Source: Albugo candida
Lineage: Eukaryota
Direction of reading: 5' to 3'
NCBI GenBank assembly: GCA_040437565.1
Contig: JBDOQK010000078.1
Location: 62,001 to 114,142 of the forward strand
Length of the DNA stretch: 52,142 bases
Shown here: in pieces, positions 35,112 through 48,395 of the stretch
How positions within the stretch are numbered: the first letter of the stretch is position 1
Layout of the letters: every line of letters begins with the position of its first letter
Position numbers and translations under genes: made by a program
Notes under the pieces: generated by a model
Databases searched by the model: none
Told to the model about the DNA's origin: nothing
Seen by the model: the letters and a program-made list of their open reading frames with translations, nothing else

Positions 35112-35933
35112 AACGTGTCATTATCAACAAGGTTGCTGCAATTAAAATGCGGAACGCATCATGTCCGAAGTACATTACTAAAGTCCGCAATACTGGCTCA
35201 TGCGATCGTTTGTTTGCTATTATAACACTAATTCTGCACCAACGACTTTTATTTTGATACGCAGTCAGTATTGTGCAAGCTTTCCAATTCCAAGCATAAC
35301 TTTAGGAAGCTATCTTTCTTCGGATTGGTAATTTGAGACACAGATCTGAGACGTGTTCGGAAGAAATGAGTAAACTAGTATAGTAAAGGGGAAGCGAATA
35401 CAATAGCGAGCGTAATTTACAGTGTATGATGGAAACGAGGAGGTCCAAATATTCATAATTGACGATCCTCTCTTGCAGAATATTTATCCTATAAAGAACG
35501 ACCAGATTTGGACTCATAGCGTCTTTTGACAATCCTTTCATATGAGATATGTACTTGCTCTATGCCTTGTCATTCGCGGTACATTTTACTGGTATTTTCT
35601 CAGCTAATTGAATGCGCTTACACACAAACGTGTTCGCACACCTGGCTTCTTTGGCTCGTCTGAGCAGCATACAATTTTTGTATTCGCCACGTAAAAAGCC
35701 TGGTACTCACTACAACCATTCCGTGGGCTGTCGCTCCTCCACGTTCTCTTTTTTTACATCGAATCGCGCAGGATCATGTTTAGTCAACTCAAATAAAAAG
35801 AAAAGGCTATTATCCCTGCACAATTGATAATTTGAGTAGTAAATGGGACATGTGCTTACTCAACATTACTGGATTTCCTGTTCAGTCTCACATCAAGATT
35901 CGGTGATTCGAGCACAAGTAACGACTTTATACA

Positions 35934-37163
35934 ATGTCGTTTTTCCAGCCTTCTATTGAATGCATTAATGAATTCCAGACACTCGCTCATGATTTGGTCG
36001 AGGAATCGGTACGATACTTTGAAAATATAGTTTACAATCAGGACGGCAAACTTGATCCAGTACGATTTCGACTACACAAAGAGAAAAATCAGGTTTTGAT
36101 GTACCGTGAAAGTCGTGTTGCACTGGTGGCTCGTGTCCTTCAATGTCGTCCGAGTGGATACAAACACCAAAAGGTTGCAGAACCATCACACGATGTCCAA
36201 CTCACAAATTATTATGATCAGAAACCTGGTGAAGCTTCCTCTAGATCCTCATCAAGTGGTCCAATGGACCAACTTGAATCTGTGGCATCCTTACCAATGA
36301 TCATCGCGCTTGGATCAGTACCTGGGACTCTAGAAGAAACAATGTTGGGCGTCTCACTCCAAGATAGATCGTCATACTGTTCCCTCGTGAGTAATTCTCA
36401 TAAGAAAGTGCTCGTTGCGCGGTTATTAGCCAATCTAACGAATCCGGCCGCTATAGACGACAAACATTATCATTTGGGCGTGCATTGGACACTGCATGAT
36501 AGTTTTCGAGCACTGGGAGCGCAAACAACTCGAAAATTTGATCAGTTGAATTTGGCACATTCAAAGATGACGACATCGTCGAAAGGAGAACGTCTTGGAG
36601 TATGTGTGCTACATTCCATTGAACATCCGGATGTACCAAAACTTAATCATTTATCGATAACGAGACTGCATGCGTCGCTGTCCATAACATTTCGAGAAAA
36701 ACAGGATGGAACGGTTGATTTCGTTGCGAGAGCGACGGCTCGGAAGATTTCCGCATTCGTGCATCCTATAATGCTCAAGGTTATAACAGATATTCTAAGC
36801 TCCATTCCTCAGTGTATTGAATTTACAAATTCCCGAAAGCTCCTTGCAATGGTGTTCTCCGATTCGTCAAATATGATTTCGGAGGTCGAGTTAGCTTCCA
36901 GCACGCAAAAACGAATGGCAAGACGATTGGTGCAATACCAGTGCGCCGGATGTTATAAAGTATTGCATTCCGTGTCTCGATCATTTAGCAGTACTTGCAG
37001 AATCTGTCAAGCGTGTGTCTGCGCGCGATGTTGTGTGACAAAAGAGTTTGATTTGGGACGCGACACGGATGGAGTGGCACTGGTACACTTGGAAACGATG
37101 CGATTTTGCATATCTTGTGTACAAGCAGCCAAAAAGCTATCAATCGTATCATCATACCCTTAG
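35934..37163 (+). CDS. Oomycete START-like + degenerate FYVE zinc-finger protein
   Basis: GSVPGTLEETMLG and GERLGVCVLHSIEHPDVP segments typical of the expanded oomycete START/FYVE family. C-terminal CAGC..CRIC..VCARC..FCISC. Confidence 0.75.
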   Translation: MSFFQPSIECINEFQTLAHDLVEESVRYFENIVYNQDGKLDPVRFRLHKEKNQVLMYRESRVALVARVLQCRPSGYKHQKVAEPSHDVQLTNYYDQKPGEASSRSSSSGPMDQLESVASLPMIIALGSVPGTLEETMLGVSLQDRSSYCSLVSNSHKKVLVARLLANLTNPAAIDDKHYHLGVHWTLHDSFRALGAQTTRKFDQLNLAHSKMTTSSKGERLGVCVLHSIEHPDVPKLNHLSITRLHASLSITFREKQDGTVDFVARATARKISAFVHPIMLKVITDILSSIPQCIEFTNSRKLLAMVFSDSSNMISEVELASSTQKRMARRLVQYQCAGCYKVLHSVSRSFSSTCRICQACVCARCCVTKEFDLGRDTDGVALVHLETMRFCISCVQAAKKLSIVSSYP

Positions 37164-37416
37164 GTATACCAACATTCACGGTGCACTCGTAGCATTGTAT
37201 ACCGAGCCTTCTGTAACCAATCAATAGAATGTAAATTATTAACACGTCATTTTATTTGCGCCAATCATGTCTGTAGAATTGGGTCGTTCGATCTCGCACA
37301 CCGGTACATCGTTATAACGTCTACCCATTCAAGACCCATACTTGTGTAACCACATCAACCAAGGTTCTGACCAAGAACAATCACTCTCCACCACTCTTCG
37401 TTTCCTTTCTGTCTTG

Positions 37417-39054
37417 ATGCGCGCGCTTCATTCCCTTTCCCTTCGCGCACACATTCCTTTTCCACGGAAACCTTACGGATTCACACGGCTTCTTTCCACT
37501 TCCTCCCTCCATAACGAATCGTACATAAAACGCGACGGTAGTAAGGGTCCCATCCGCAGCGACCGCGCGTTCATCGAGTTCCAACGTCAACCAGACGCTT
37601 ACCGCCCGCCATTCGAGCGCGTGCACGACTGGAACGAGATCCACTCGCTCAGCGAGCGTGATCCACACGAACGTCGAGTTCAAGCTGCGCGATGTATGGA
37701 CTGCGGGACGCCATTCTGCCAAACGCACACGGGCTGTCCAGTGCATAATTTAATTCCAGAATGGAATGAGCTTGTGTACCGTGGAGACTGGAAAGAAGCT
37801 ATCGATCGTCTTCATAAAACTAATAATTTTCCAGAATTCACAGGACGCGTTTGTCCCGCGCCGTGTGAGAGTGCTTGTGTCGCAGGATTGATCGATGACC
37901 CAGTAACTATCAAGAACATTGAGTATGCGATTGTAGATCGAGCGTTTGAAGAAGGATGGGTATCGCCTCGAATTCCAAGAAGAAATGGATTACGCGTCGC
38001 AATTATCGGATCAGGACCCGCAGGACTGGCTGCAGCAGATCAACTCAATCAGAAAGGGTACCAAGTGGCAGTGTACGAGCGTGAGGATCGGGTGGGTGGA
38101 CTTTTGATGTATGGAATACCCAATATGAAGCTGGAGAAAAAGACTGTGGACCGTCGAATCAATCTATTGGCTGAAGAGGGGATTGAATTTGTCACAAACA
38201 CACATGTGGGCGTTGACGTTCCAGTCGCAGAATTGTATGACGAATTTGATGCAATCGTGCTCTGTATTGGCTCGACCGTTCCAAGAAGAGTGGATGCACC
38301 AGGGGCTGAATTGAGTGGGATTCATTATGCGATGGAGTTTCTGACAAAGAATCAAAAACGATTATTGCTGACGATCGACGGGAAATTACAAAGTGGATGG
38401 AGTCGAGAATTTATATCCGCTGAGGGAAAAGATGTGGTGATAATTGGCGGTGGTGATACCGGGACAGATTGCATTGCTACTTCCATGCGGCAACACTGCA
38501 AATCTGTTGTCAATCTTGAATGGAACGCGATGCCTCCACCATCCCGAGCGGACGCGAATCCATGGCCAGAGTACCCCCGTATCTATGGCATTGATTATGG
38601 GCACGCAGAAGTCCGGGCGGTATTTGATACAGATCCGAGAATGTATAGTCGATTCACAAAAGAGTTTGTTGGAAACGAGCAAGGACAAGTCACTCATGTG
38701 GTCACGCAGGCATCCAAACTTAATCCCGAGACAAAGACCAAGGAAGCGATTCCAGGAACAGAAGCTACCATACCGGCGGACTTGGTGTTACTCGCGATGG
38801 GATATGTACATCCAGAAGAAGAAATTGTCAAACAGCTGGAGCTGGATGTCGATCAAAGACGGAACATCCACGCTGGGTACGGAGCGTACCAGACATCGGT
38901 AGAACGAGTATTCGCGGCGGGGGATTGTCGACGAGGTCAATCGCTTGTCGTGTGGGCAATTAACGAAGGAAGAGGGGCAGCCGATGCTGTCGAGAAGTAT
39001 TTTTTACAGGAAGGCTACCAGCCCGAAGTCTCACAAAACCAGCGATATGGATAG
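37417..39054 (+). CDS. gltD: Glutamate synthase (NAD(P)H-GOGAT) small/beta subunit with mitochondrial-type presequence
   Basis: [14 protein letters not shown] and [12 protein letters not shown] Fe-S motifs, GSGPAG and GGGDTG dinucleotide motifs, [20 protein letters not shown]. Arg/Ser/Leu-rich, acid-free N-terminus from ATG 37417. Confidence 0.95.
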   Translation: MRALHSLSLRAHIPFPRKPYGFTRLLSTSSLHNESYIKRDGSKGPIRSDRAFIEFQRQPDAYRPPFERVHDWNEIHSLSERDPHERRVQAARCMDCGTPFCQTHTGCPVHNLIPEWNELVYRGDWKEAIDRLHKTNNFPEFTGRVCPAPCESACVAGLIDDPVTIKNIEYAIVDRAFEEGWVSPRIPRRNGLRVAIIGSGPAGLAAADQLNQKGYQVAVYEREDRVGGLLMYGIPNMKLEKKTVDRRINLLAEEGIEFVTNTHVGVDVPVAELYDEFDAIVLCIGSTVPRRVDAPGAELSGIHYAMEFLTKNQKRLLLTIDGKLQSGWSREFISAEGKDVVIIGGGDTGTDCIATSMRQHCKSVVNLEWNAMPPPSRADANPWPEYPRIYGIDYGHAEVRAVFDTDPRMYSRFTKEFVGNEQGQVTHVVTQASKLNPETKTKEAIPGTEATIPADLVLLAMGYVHPEEEIVKQLELDVDQRRNIHAGYGAYQTSVERVFAAGDCRRGQSLVVWAINEGRGAADAVEKYFLQEGYQPEVSQNQRYG

Positions 39055-39991
39055 CTTCGTAGTAACTCACCCACTGACTGTAGTGGTAACTTGGGTGAAA
39101 GCTGAATGAAGGCAAAGCATGATGACGTTGCTACTCAAACAGTGGAGAAGGGGAGTCGCATTGTGACACGGACGCTTATTGTACAATACGGATGATTACT
39201 ATTATATGTATGCAACTGCTTCGGTCGGAGATTGATGTAGAAGAGCACCTGTCATATCGGAGTTGGATACGTCAGACAAGCACTTGTGACACGAAATCTC
39301 TCTATACGGAGCATATGTCATCGCCATCTTCATTCCCTTTGAGCGTATCGCCTCCATCTGGAATTTCTCGAGCTCTCAATCGTCTAGGAGCGACACGTAT
39401 CCCGAAAGATCAATCCAAGCGAGAATCGAACGTTGCAGTCAGTCAGTATCTGACGCACTCAATGGACGCATCTGATATGTTTTTCTGTATGAAAGTCGCA
39501 CTAACGATTCGAATTCAATCTCACAGGAAAACACGTCCGCCTTTTTTATTTTCCCACGCGATACTTTCTATAAAGATATTCAGACGCTGCGATCAATCTC
39601 TCAAGACTATGTAACCCACTCGAAATTGGCGTAAAGAGCTCAATGTTTGGGTACACAGACGCAAAGAAAAGCCAATTCGATATAGCGAACAGAGTCGGAC
39701 CATAAATCTGATATTCGAACATTACAAATAGTGGCGGAACCGATCTCATACTGCAAAAGCATGGATGCGAATGGTGAATAATAAGATGAGACAATGACAC
39801 AGTGACTGGCTCGGTAAATTTATCGAAATTCTCGTCTTTTCTTGGCATATTTTTTCTTCATTTTGGTCGTTGCTTCTCCATCGCGCTCTATACGTTTCGC
39901 ATCAGCGAATTTACTGTCAACCAATAACTTAAATTCCAAAAACAAGAATTCCTCGGTCAGCAACCACTTTCCAATTTGCGTTCCCACCAAA

Positions 39992-41659
39992 ATGAAGTCC
40001 CGTACGAGCTTCGACACATCCGACTCGGGCCGTGTTGCTTTACGTCCGCAATTTCCCCTTCCGTCCGATTATTTCTCAAAATGCGTCATTTCATCCGAAA
40101 AGACCCGAGCGTATAAGAATCAAATGCAAGACATGTTGAGGAAGGGTCTTCATGAGGAGTGTCAATTAGTGCATCCGGCGAGCAAATTGGGAGACGGAAT
40201 TGTTTACAATCGGAAAAGAGTATGCAGGCTTCTATGCCCATCCGTTTGGTCGATCAAAAATGGTCCTATTGTTCCAGAAGATTTGATTCATTCGAGGAGC
40301 AATGCGCCGTTTAGAATCAAATTCAGTCGAAAACGTAAAGCGATGCAAGCTGTGTGTGTGAGTCACGTACAAGGCAAATTAGAAGATTTCATGTATGGGA
40401 TGCAGCATTCGACATCCGAAGAGTATCGTGCGTTTGCTCATCTCACCCACGATAGAATCTTGGACGCTGCCATCCTTGCGAATATGGAGTCAGGTACCGA
40501 AGACGATCCATTCCGTTTCTTGGGTATCAAATGGAGCGTTCACGCGCCTTTTGGAAAAAGGCTGTCGAAGCGACAAGATATGTGCTGTGTGGAGTCTTCG
40601 GGTCTCTCGAGGGATCAGAATGGACTGTTGTTTGGGTACAAATGCATGGAAGCCATTCATGAGCCTTCGTTGTGCCCCCTCTTCTCCGAAAAGTATGTGA
40701 GTCGTGTGCAAATGCTCAAGAGCGTCTGCATCTCACGACAAATCACACCCGAGATAGTTCAAATCTACACTTCGATGACGACCCCGTGCGAGAACACTCT
40801 GCATCGGAAATTGCTTCAATATCAAATTGCAAACTCCTTACTTTCAATGGATTCTAGAGTTCAATGCGGAATGGCCAAGAAACTATTATCTTTGGCATGG
40901 AAACGACAAGAGGACGAGCAAAAGTGTCACTATTTTAGCAAAATACGAAGATGCTCCTTCCCTTCAGTTCGAAAACAGCGAATCGCCAAGAAATGGCCGT
41001 TTGTCCGATCCTATTGCTGTAATTGTATCTTTGGACGAAGAGCGAGACGAATGTGTCAGTTGTGTCAAAGTCGTGTATGCAAGCAATGCACGCTCCATCA
41101 TCCTATTTTCGCAATTGGAAACAAGAAGACTTGGAATGTGTGCAATAATTGTGTGGCGGAAGCACATAAATTACCTGTCGATCCTCGAATTGGTCTGAAA
41201 CTTCGCGAAAAGATGGAAAAGGACCTGGCATTCGAGACATCAATTTCCGGCTCTTCTTTCGCGACGTCTTCAACAAATTCAAGCTCGAGTGTTGGACGTA
41301 TGTTGATGCCGAATCCCCAGTATTCGCCAATGCATTTGACGAGTCTTGGCGAACGATACTTTCCCACATATAGACTCGCAAGAAAGTCACTAACATCGAC
41401 GCAGAATTCACAACGAACATGTGCCAATCAAAGTTTGGCCGATACGCGCACTAGTTCCTATGGTCATGGAACCGCACTGGAAGTCGCATTGATGGAATCG
41501 CCATCGTGCTGGGGGGATCCTCTGCTACAGAGCTCGAGATCGCGCAAGCTGTCCCTTGGAGAAGCCTCTTACATTCAAGGCGAGTGCTGGGATTCCATTC
41601 CATGTTCTGAAAGCGTGTTTAGCAATACATTTTTCGAACATGAGCTCATGCGGTCATAG
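39992..41659 (+). CDS. Oomycete START-like + degenerate FYVE zinc-finger protein
   Basis: QFPLPSDYF, VQGKLEDFMYG and DPFRFLGIKW segments. CCNC..CQLC..VCKQC..VCNNC. INR/FPR-like 'ccactttccaattt' at ~39964 precedes ATG 39992. Confidence 0.78.
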   Translation: MKSRTSFDTSDSGRVALRPQFPLPSDYFSKCVISSEKTRAYKNQMQDMLRKGLHEECQLVHPASKLGDGIVYNRKRVCRLLCPSVWSIKNGPIVPEDLIHSRSNAPFRIKFSRKRKAMQAVCVSHVQGKLEDFMYGMQHSTSEEYRAFAHLTHDRILDAAILANMESGTEDDPFRFLGIKWSVHAPFGKRLSKRQDMCCVESSGLSRDQNGLLFGYKCMEAIHEPSLCPLFSEKYVSRVQMLKSVCISRQITPEIVQIYTSMTTPCENTLHRKLLQYQIANSLLSMDSRVQCGMAKKLLSLAWKRQEDEQKCHYFSKIRRCSFPSVRKQRIAKKWPFVRSYCCNCIFGRRARRMCQLCQSRVCKQCTLHHPIFAIGNKKTWNVCNNCVAEAHKLPVDPRIGLKLREKMEKDLAFETSISGSSFATSSTNSSSSVGRMLMPNPQYSPMHLTSLGERYFPTYRLARKSLTSTQNSQRTCANQSLADTRTSSYGHGTALEVALMESPSCWGDPLLQSSRSRKLSLGEASYIQGECWDSIPCSESVFSNTFFEHELMRS

Positions 41660-41880
41660 ATGCAGAAGTATTACAGTATCTATCTATTCATACGCCGCTC
41701 TGCCAGTTACCTAATATTATAACATAAAATCTAACAAGAGTTTCTTATGCGTCGTTTCAATCTCGAAAAGACGCAATTCCACTCGAAATTCAAGTATTAC
41801 CGGCTATCATTTCGCTGAACACGTCGGCTAAAAGTCGCTAGAGATATCGTAGCTGTTGTGTCAGAGAGAGACGTAGCGAA

Positions 41881-42910
41881 ATGGCTGATGTGGCGGAATT
41901 GAAACGAAAATGCGCGCAATTAAAAGAGAAAATCGAGCAGACACGCGAGGAGAAATTGGATGGTGGATTTGAAAAGATTGGTGGAAGTGCTGGTGCGAAA
42001 GTGATTCCAGCAGCACCAAAATTTCGACGATTACTGAAAGGCCATTTTGGTAAAATATACGCAATGCAATGGGGCGGTGATTCCACGAGTTTGGTGTCGG
42101 CTTCTCAGGATGGCAAACTGATTGTTTGGAATGCTCAATCGACCAATAAAGTTCAGTCGATACCACTTCGTTCATCGTGGGTGATGACATGTGCTTTCGA
42201 GCAGAATCAACGCAACATGGTCGCTTGTGGCGGTCTTGATAACTTGTGTTCTATCTTTCATTTGTCACAAGCACAAGTGATGCGTGCGACCAAAGAGCTT
42301 GCTGCCCATGATGGCTATTTGTCATGTTGTCGGTTCATTGATGAGCATCAAATTGTCACTAGTTCGGGCGATTCCAATTGTATTTTGTGGGACATTGAAA
42401 GCGGTGAAGTCAAAACAATGTTTCGGGAACATTCCGGAGACGTCATGTCGGTCAGTATCAATGCTCAAAATCCAAATATGTTCATTTCTGGGTCTTGTGA
42501 CTCGACAGCAAAAGTGTGGGATATTCGAGCCGGCAAAACAACGCATACTTTTCAAGGTCATGAATCAGATATTAATTCTGTCAGTTTTTTTCCAAATGGA
42601 AATGCATTGGGAACAGGATCCGATGATTCTTCCTGTCGTCTTTTCGATCTGAGAGCATATGGCGAGCTCAATAACTTTAGCAACGACAAAATCCTCTGCG
42701 GAATCACTTCAGTGGCGTTCTCTAAATCTGGAAGATTTTTGTTTGCGGGGTATGACGACTACAACTGCTATTGTTGGGACGTGCTGAGCACCTCGGGTCA
42801 ACATGTGTACCAATTGGCGGGTCACGAGAATCGGGTTTCTTGCCTTGGCGTCAATACTTCCGGCCAGGCACTTTGCACTGGAAGCTGGGACACATTGCTC
42901 AAGATTTGGG
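41881..42910 (+). CDS. gpb1: Heterotrimeric G-protein beta subunit (last codons lost in gap)
   Basis: [66 protein letters not shown]: canonical G-beta WD40 sequence. Confidence 0.97.
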
Positions 42911-44016
42911 NNNNNNNNNNNNNNNNNNNNNNNNNNNNNNNNNNNNNNNNNNNNNNNNNNNNNNNNNNNNNNNNNNNNNNNNNNNNNNNNNNNNNNNNNN
43001 NNNNNNNNNNATAACAAAATGAAATGTTGCTGAATATGAAGAGTACGAGGTTATTCGGCTTCAGGTGCATGTGGAATAGGAACAAGGAAAGCGCCTTTAT
43101 TACGATTCGTTAAGTGATGAGAATACCGCAAGAAAAGGAATCCAACATGAGCGATTGCGGCACCTCGTCCCTTGGAAAAGCAACTCCAATCCATACGCAC
43201 TGCATCGCCACTCAGAAATAAACATGCGGCTACGTGCTTTGTTATCCGTGTGACTATCCCATTTCTGTGCTCTGTAGGAGATCCGCAATTTTCATTTCCT
43301 TTCGAGGAAACCAAAATGGATCAGTAAAAGAAAGGAAAATATTGGAGAAATCGTTTAGGGTTGGAGGCAATCCATTTGATTGCCGAGGGGACAGTAGCAC
43401 ATCGAATGAGACGATCACACAGCGGCGCTCCAGAGCTCTTGAAGCGGCCAAAGACACGAAAACCGCACGTTTCTTCTGTTTTGATGCTTTTGACCATCAC
43501 GAGCCACTTCTTTTTATCAATTGATTCGAGTTGCAAGACACACTTCTGTATAAGATGTACAAGCGTATGCGTTTGTGAAGGCTATTAGATACGATGGTCT
43601 GGGTCATCGACTATTTAGCCCGCACTTATCGATACAAAGTTCGCTCATTCATCGGGTGGTTTGTGAGCGTACCTAACAACTTAAGCGTGTATACTATGAG
43701 CATACTCGAAGACATTGTGTCAACATCTACCGGTGCGTTATTCATCGCACTGCAGGAATTCTCACTAACGTTAGGATCTCAGACACGTCGCCGAACCTAC
43801 AAGCCAGGGTACAGCCACGATCACGTTTGCGCAAAAGCGCCTCTATTCATCTAACATCACCTCCAGTAAGACCATCATTCCTCATCCTTGCAATTCAAAA
43901 TTGAATTTGCATTTGACCAAAAGGAAACCAAAAAAGGGAAACTTGCGCGGAAGGAAAATATTTCAATTCCCGTTCACGAGCGCTATGAATTCCGCGATCG
44001 ATCGACGCTTTTAGGT

Positions 44017-47000
44017 ATGTCGCGCGCATCCAAGGCGGACGCTGCTTCGACTTTGACATCGGAACGCTTTCCAAAAAAACAAGAACATCATTCTGATCGC
44101 AATATTGCGTACAATTCGTACGATTTACGGAAGCAGAGATTTTCGCCGGATTTAAGCGAAATTGTGCCTTTGCCGCGTCATAATCGAGCCACTCGGTACG
44201 CGTTACGTTGTCGAAGCATTTTTCAAGTGGAAGAAAAAGATTTGGAAAATTGCACAAATCGTACGGAAATCGAGGTGGAATCATTGGAAGGAACTTCAGG
44301 CGCTGAAAGTTCATTGGAAGCAGTTATTAGAGAGAGAAACGAGCAACAGAGTCAAGATGGAAGTGAAATTGACCGAGGAACAACTGTACAGCGCTCAAAT
44401 AGCAATGGTAAGGCGTTGATGTGAACGATCGATTTCTAATGATTCTTATTAGAGACTGAAAACGGGACAGCGATGGAAGAGGTGGCGAAAGAAGATGATC
44501 GTCGATATCGGCTCAGAGATCGAGCAAAAATACAGAGTGTGAGCACAGAGACAAGCAATCACAAGCTCGATTCGATAACGAGAGGAGCGTATGCGGATTA
44601 CATGAAACGTCAGAAAAAAGGATCCGTGCATTTGGTGGCAAGAAGACAGAGAGAATTGCTTGCTTTGTCAGCTCGTTCTTTTCAATCACGTAATCGAAAA
44701 CGACGACAGTGGAAACGGAGAAAAATGGAACGGAAATTGCAGCATTCCGATCGAAAAAAGGAAAGTGCGCTATCGACGGACAGTGATGTCGAAAGTGCAT
44801 CATCCAAAATAGATTGTGCGGCGCTGCCTCCACTTCTTTCGTCGTCGTCTTCTGAAGAACGAAATTCGTCCTTTTCATCATCCGACGATCAAGACTCATG
44901 CGAGAATCTTGCGTCAAAGAAACGCAGGCACAAGTATCGAAAGCCACGAGGAAGCAAAAAACATAATGTTGGAAGGAAGCAAGAGAAAGGAATTGCCATT
45001 CGTCCGGTTAGTGTCGATAGTCGCGTGAATTGGGAATGCGTTGGTGGTTTACGTGCTCACATCGATGCTTTGAAAGAGATGGTGCTTCTTCCGTTGATGT
45101 ATCCCGAAATCTATGACAAGTATCACATCATGCCGCCGTCAGGAGTTTTGTTTTATGGGCCACCAGGCACAGGGAAAACACTGCTCGCACGAGCTCTTGC
45201 GAATTCGTGCTGTTCATCACTCAGTAATTCATACGACAAAGACGTCAAAGGGAATGGACTCGAGCGTGAAAAAAAAGCCCCTGTTACGTTTTACATGCGC
45301 AGAGGAGCTGATTGTCTGAGTAAATGGGTCGGCGAAGCTGAAAGGAACTTGAGAGTGTTATTTGAAGAAGCAAAACGTAATGAGCCTTCGATTATATTTT
45401 TTGATGAATTGGATGGGTTAGCTCCTGTTCGAAGCTCGCGACAAGATCAAATACATACATCTGTGGTGTCAACACTACTGGCGCTGATGGATGGACTTCA
45501 AGATCGTGGCAAGGTCGTTGTGATCGGTGCGACTAATCGATTGGATTCTATCGACCCAGCCTTACGGCGTCCAGGACGATTCGATCGAGAGCTAGCCTTT
45601 CATTTACCAAAGGTTGCAGATCGCGAGCAAATCTTGTCTATCAACGTTAAAGATTGGACATCAAGACCTAGTTCTGCGTTGATTAAAAGGCTTGCCAAAT
45701 TGACCGTCGGATATTGTGGAGCGGATTTGAGAGCGTTATGCTCGGAAGCAGTATTGTGCTCATTACGACGAACATTTCCGCAAGTGTACACCAGCAGCCA
45801 GAAGCTTTTACTGGATATCGATCGAGTCAGCGTGACGTACGAAGATTTCAAACAAGCGATAATGAAGATTCGACCTGCTTCTTCTCGATCTGAGAGCAAT
45901 TTCTCGAGGCCGCTGGCACCCGATGTGTTCTTCTTGCTGAAGAATACCGTTTATTGTATTCTGCGCACGTTGATGGGCAAGTTTCCCTCTCTTCCAATCA
46001 GTGAAAGCGATGCGAATGCGGTTTTAACACTAGAGAACGTCACAGACGACACATTTTCAGAAGAAATCGAGTATGACGCCGACACCGCCAAACTGGATGC
46101 TGATGACTCTTTACAAACGGAGAAGGTTGCAAATGGATTTGCTACAAGCAGGTTGGAGGTATCAAAAGGAGACGCGGCAAGTGTGGAGACTTGTGGATTT
46201 GCTCGAATTCTGATTGCTGGAAAGCCTGAAATGGGTCAAGAGCACGTTGGTAGCAGTGTCTTACACGCTTTAGAAGGATTCAATACCGTGATGATCGATT
46301 ATGCGTCCTTAGTATCGGATCGTGACGCAATGCATGCGGAGGAAGCACTCGTTCGTCGGATTCGTAACTCGCAAAAATGTGCTCCGAGTGTTATTTACCT
46401 ACCGAATATGGACATTTGGTGGAAGCAGACGAGCAATACGATGCACAGTATTCTGAAGATAGAGCTCGACCGAATACAGCAACACCCTGATCTCCCACTC
46501 GTTTTCATTGCAATTGCAACTGAAAGTGATGGGCAAACGTTGCCGAAAATGCTATTGGATCTATTCGTGTCGCCTTCTCAATGTTCAGAGATTATCCATC
46601 TCACAACATTTACAGCTCAAGAACGGCAAGAGCATTTCCAAGCGATTTTAGACCGATTCAAACAGCCTCCGATAAAGCCATCCAAAGCATCAAAACATAC
46701 TGCAACGCTCCCTCTAGCGCCCATCCAGCCTTTGTATCGACCGCCACAAGCGATTTCACCCAAGAAGGAGTTCAAACTGCGCGAACGTGACATTCATTTG
46801 GTCCGGGAATTACGCATATTTTTGTGTCAGGTTCTGGATTATTGCTTCTCGGAGAAGAAATACGCGCCATTTTTTTCAGCTGTCGATCCATCGATCGTTC
46901 CGTCTTACGCGGCAATCATTTCAAACCCAATGGATCTCACGACGATGCAAGAAAAGCTCCACGATGGAAAGTATCACACGTTCGAGCTGTTCATAAAAGA

Positions 47001-48395
47001 TATCGACCAAATCGTTGGGAACGCTTGCTTATTCAATCCAAAGCATTGCAGTACACGCGTGGTCGCTCATGCAGCTGGACTCATGCGGGACAATGTACTT
47101 TCATTTGCTCACCGTTTCCGGAAGCAGCAAGGATTCGATCTTTTTGCTAAATGTCGCGCAATTGAGCGAAAACAAAAGCGTGCAGCAGTCGTCTCGTCAT
47201 CGGAAAGTTATTGTGGCGTAAATGGAAATGTTTCTACTCACCAAACGGCTGAGAATGACGCGATATTGAATGAAGAGTGTGGAAAAATTGGAGCGGAGGA
47301 TGCAGAATGCGATTTTGTGGACGAAGACGGCAATTCGGAAACGTATGAGAATGGCGCGTTGGTATTTGTAAAGCCTCAGACTCAGCCCGGAATGAATCGA
47401 GAAGGTGGAGTGGGTGTGGTACAGCAACAGCACGCCGATGGCTCATACAGTATCAAGTACATACTGGGCGGCACCGAGAAAAACGTCACATCAGAGCTTC
47501 TCCAACGGTACACGGATCAGGTCGTCCAAGATTCAGTGATCACCGACAGACGAAAGCTCACAGAGAAAGAGTTTACGAAAAACTGTATCGCTACTGAAAG
47601 CGTTCAAGATATGAGGCAGACGTACTTTGACGAACTATTGTGGCCGATTCTCAGTCGATCGGGATGGAAACGATACGAGGAGGCGATATCGGTTGATGAA
47701 GAGATGACTGTGAAGACAGAGAATGGAGCTCGTCCCGAGCATATACAGACAGTATTTGATGTACCGGTTGAACTTGGAGAAAAGGAGACAATGGAAACAA
47801 TTCGACTTTGCGGCTATACAAATGCGATCGAATACGTCAAAATGAATGAGAATCTATCGCTTAAATGCTTTGGGAATCGTTTCAAACTTTCTCAGTGTGT
47901 AAAGGAGACTCACAGTAGCGAGAAAGTCGACTCACATGACACAATTGTGCTCAACGAAAATACTTCAGCTGTTTTTGAAGAAACTTTGACGTCAGCGGAC
48001 CCAAAAGCGATTGAAAGGAGTGAAATAACGGGCGAGGAAAGCATCTCCGAACTGGAAATAGTACCTCGTTGCATCTACGACCAGGTAGGGTATCCGATCT
48101 CAAACTCTCATCCATTCTTATACGCGTGTTCTTAAGGAGCAAATGAAGCAACAGCTAAAGCTTTTAGTGGCAAAAACAGCGGATTGGAACCTCGAGCAAT
48201 TACGTAAAGCGCGTATGGATCTCAAAAGCTTTGCTCTTCCGTTTCGCACAGTTTATGACCGCCGACCGCTCATACATGTACGTCCACACAAAATCGTTTT
48301 CAACGCTCTTTAACTATATTTGCTCGCACATCTAGATTGTCGACGACTACTTGGCGTCTCTAAAAATGGACGACGCTTCTCACACTGACGCTTGA
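44017..48395 (+). CDS. ATAD2/Yta7-like AAA+ ATPase with bromodomain, 4 exons
   Basis: Exons 44017-44407, 44453-48084, 48137-48277 and 48336-48395 with frame-preserving GT-AG introns. GPPGTGKT, GADCLSKWVGEAER, IIFFDELDGLAPVRSS, ALRRPGRFDRE. Degenerate second AAA domain. Bromodomain PSYAAIISNPMDL...NACLFN. Confidence 0.93.

Noticed and set aside
43011-43860. Overlapping short ORFs after the gap between G-beta and ATAD2
   Set aside because: No consistent exon chain or motif found; a partial gene cannot be excluded.
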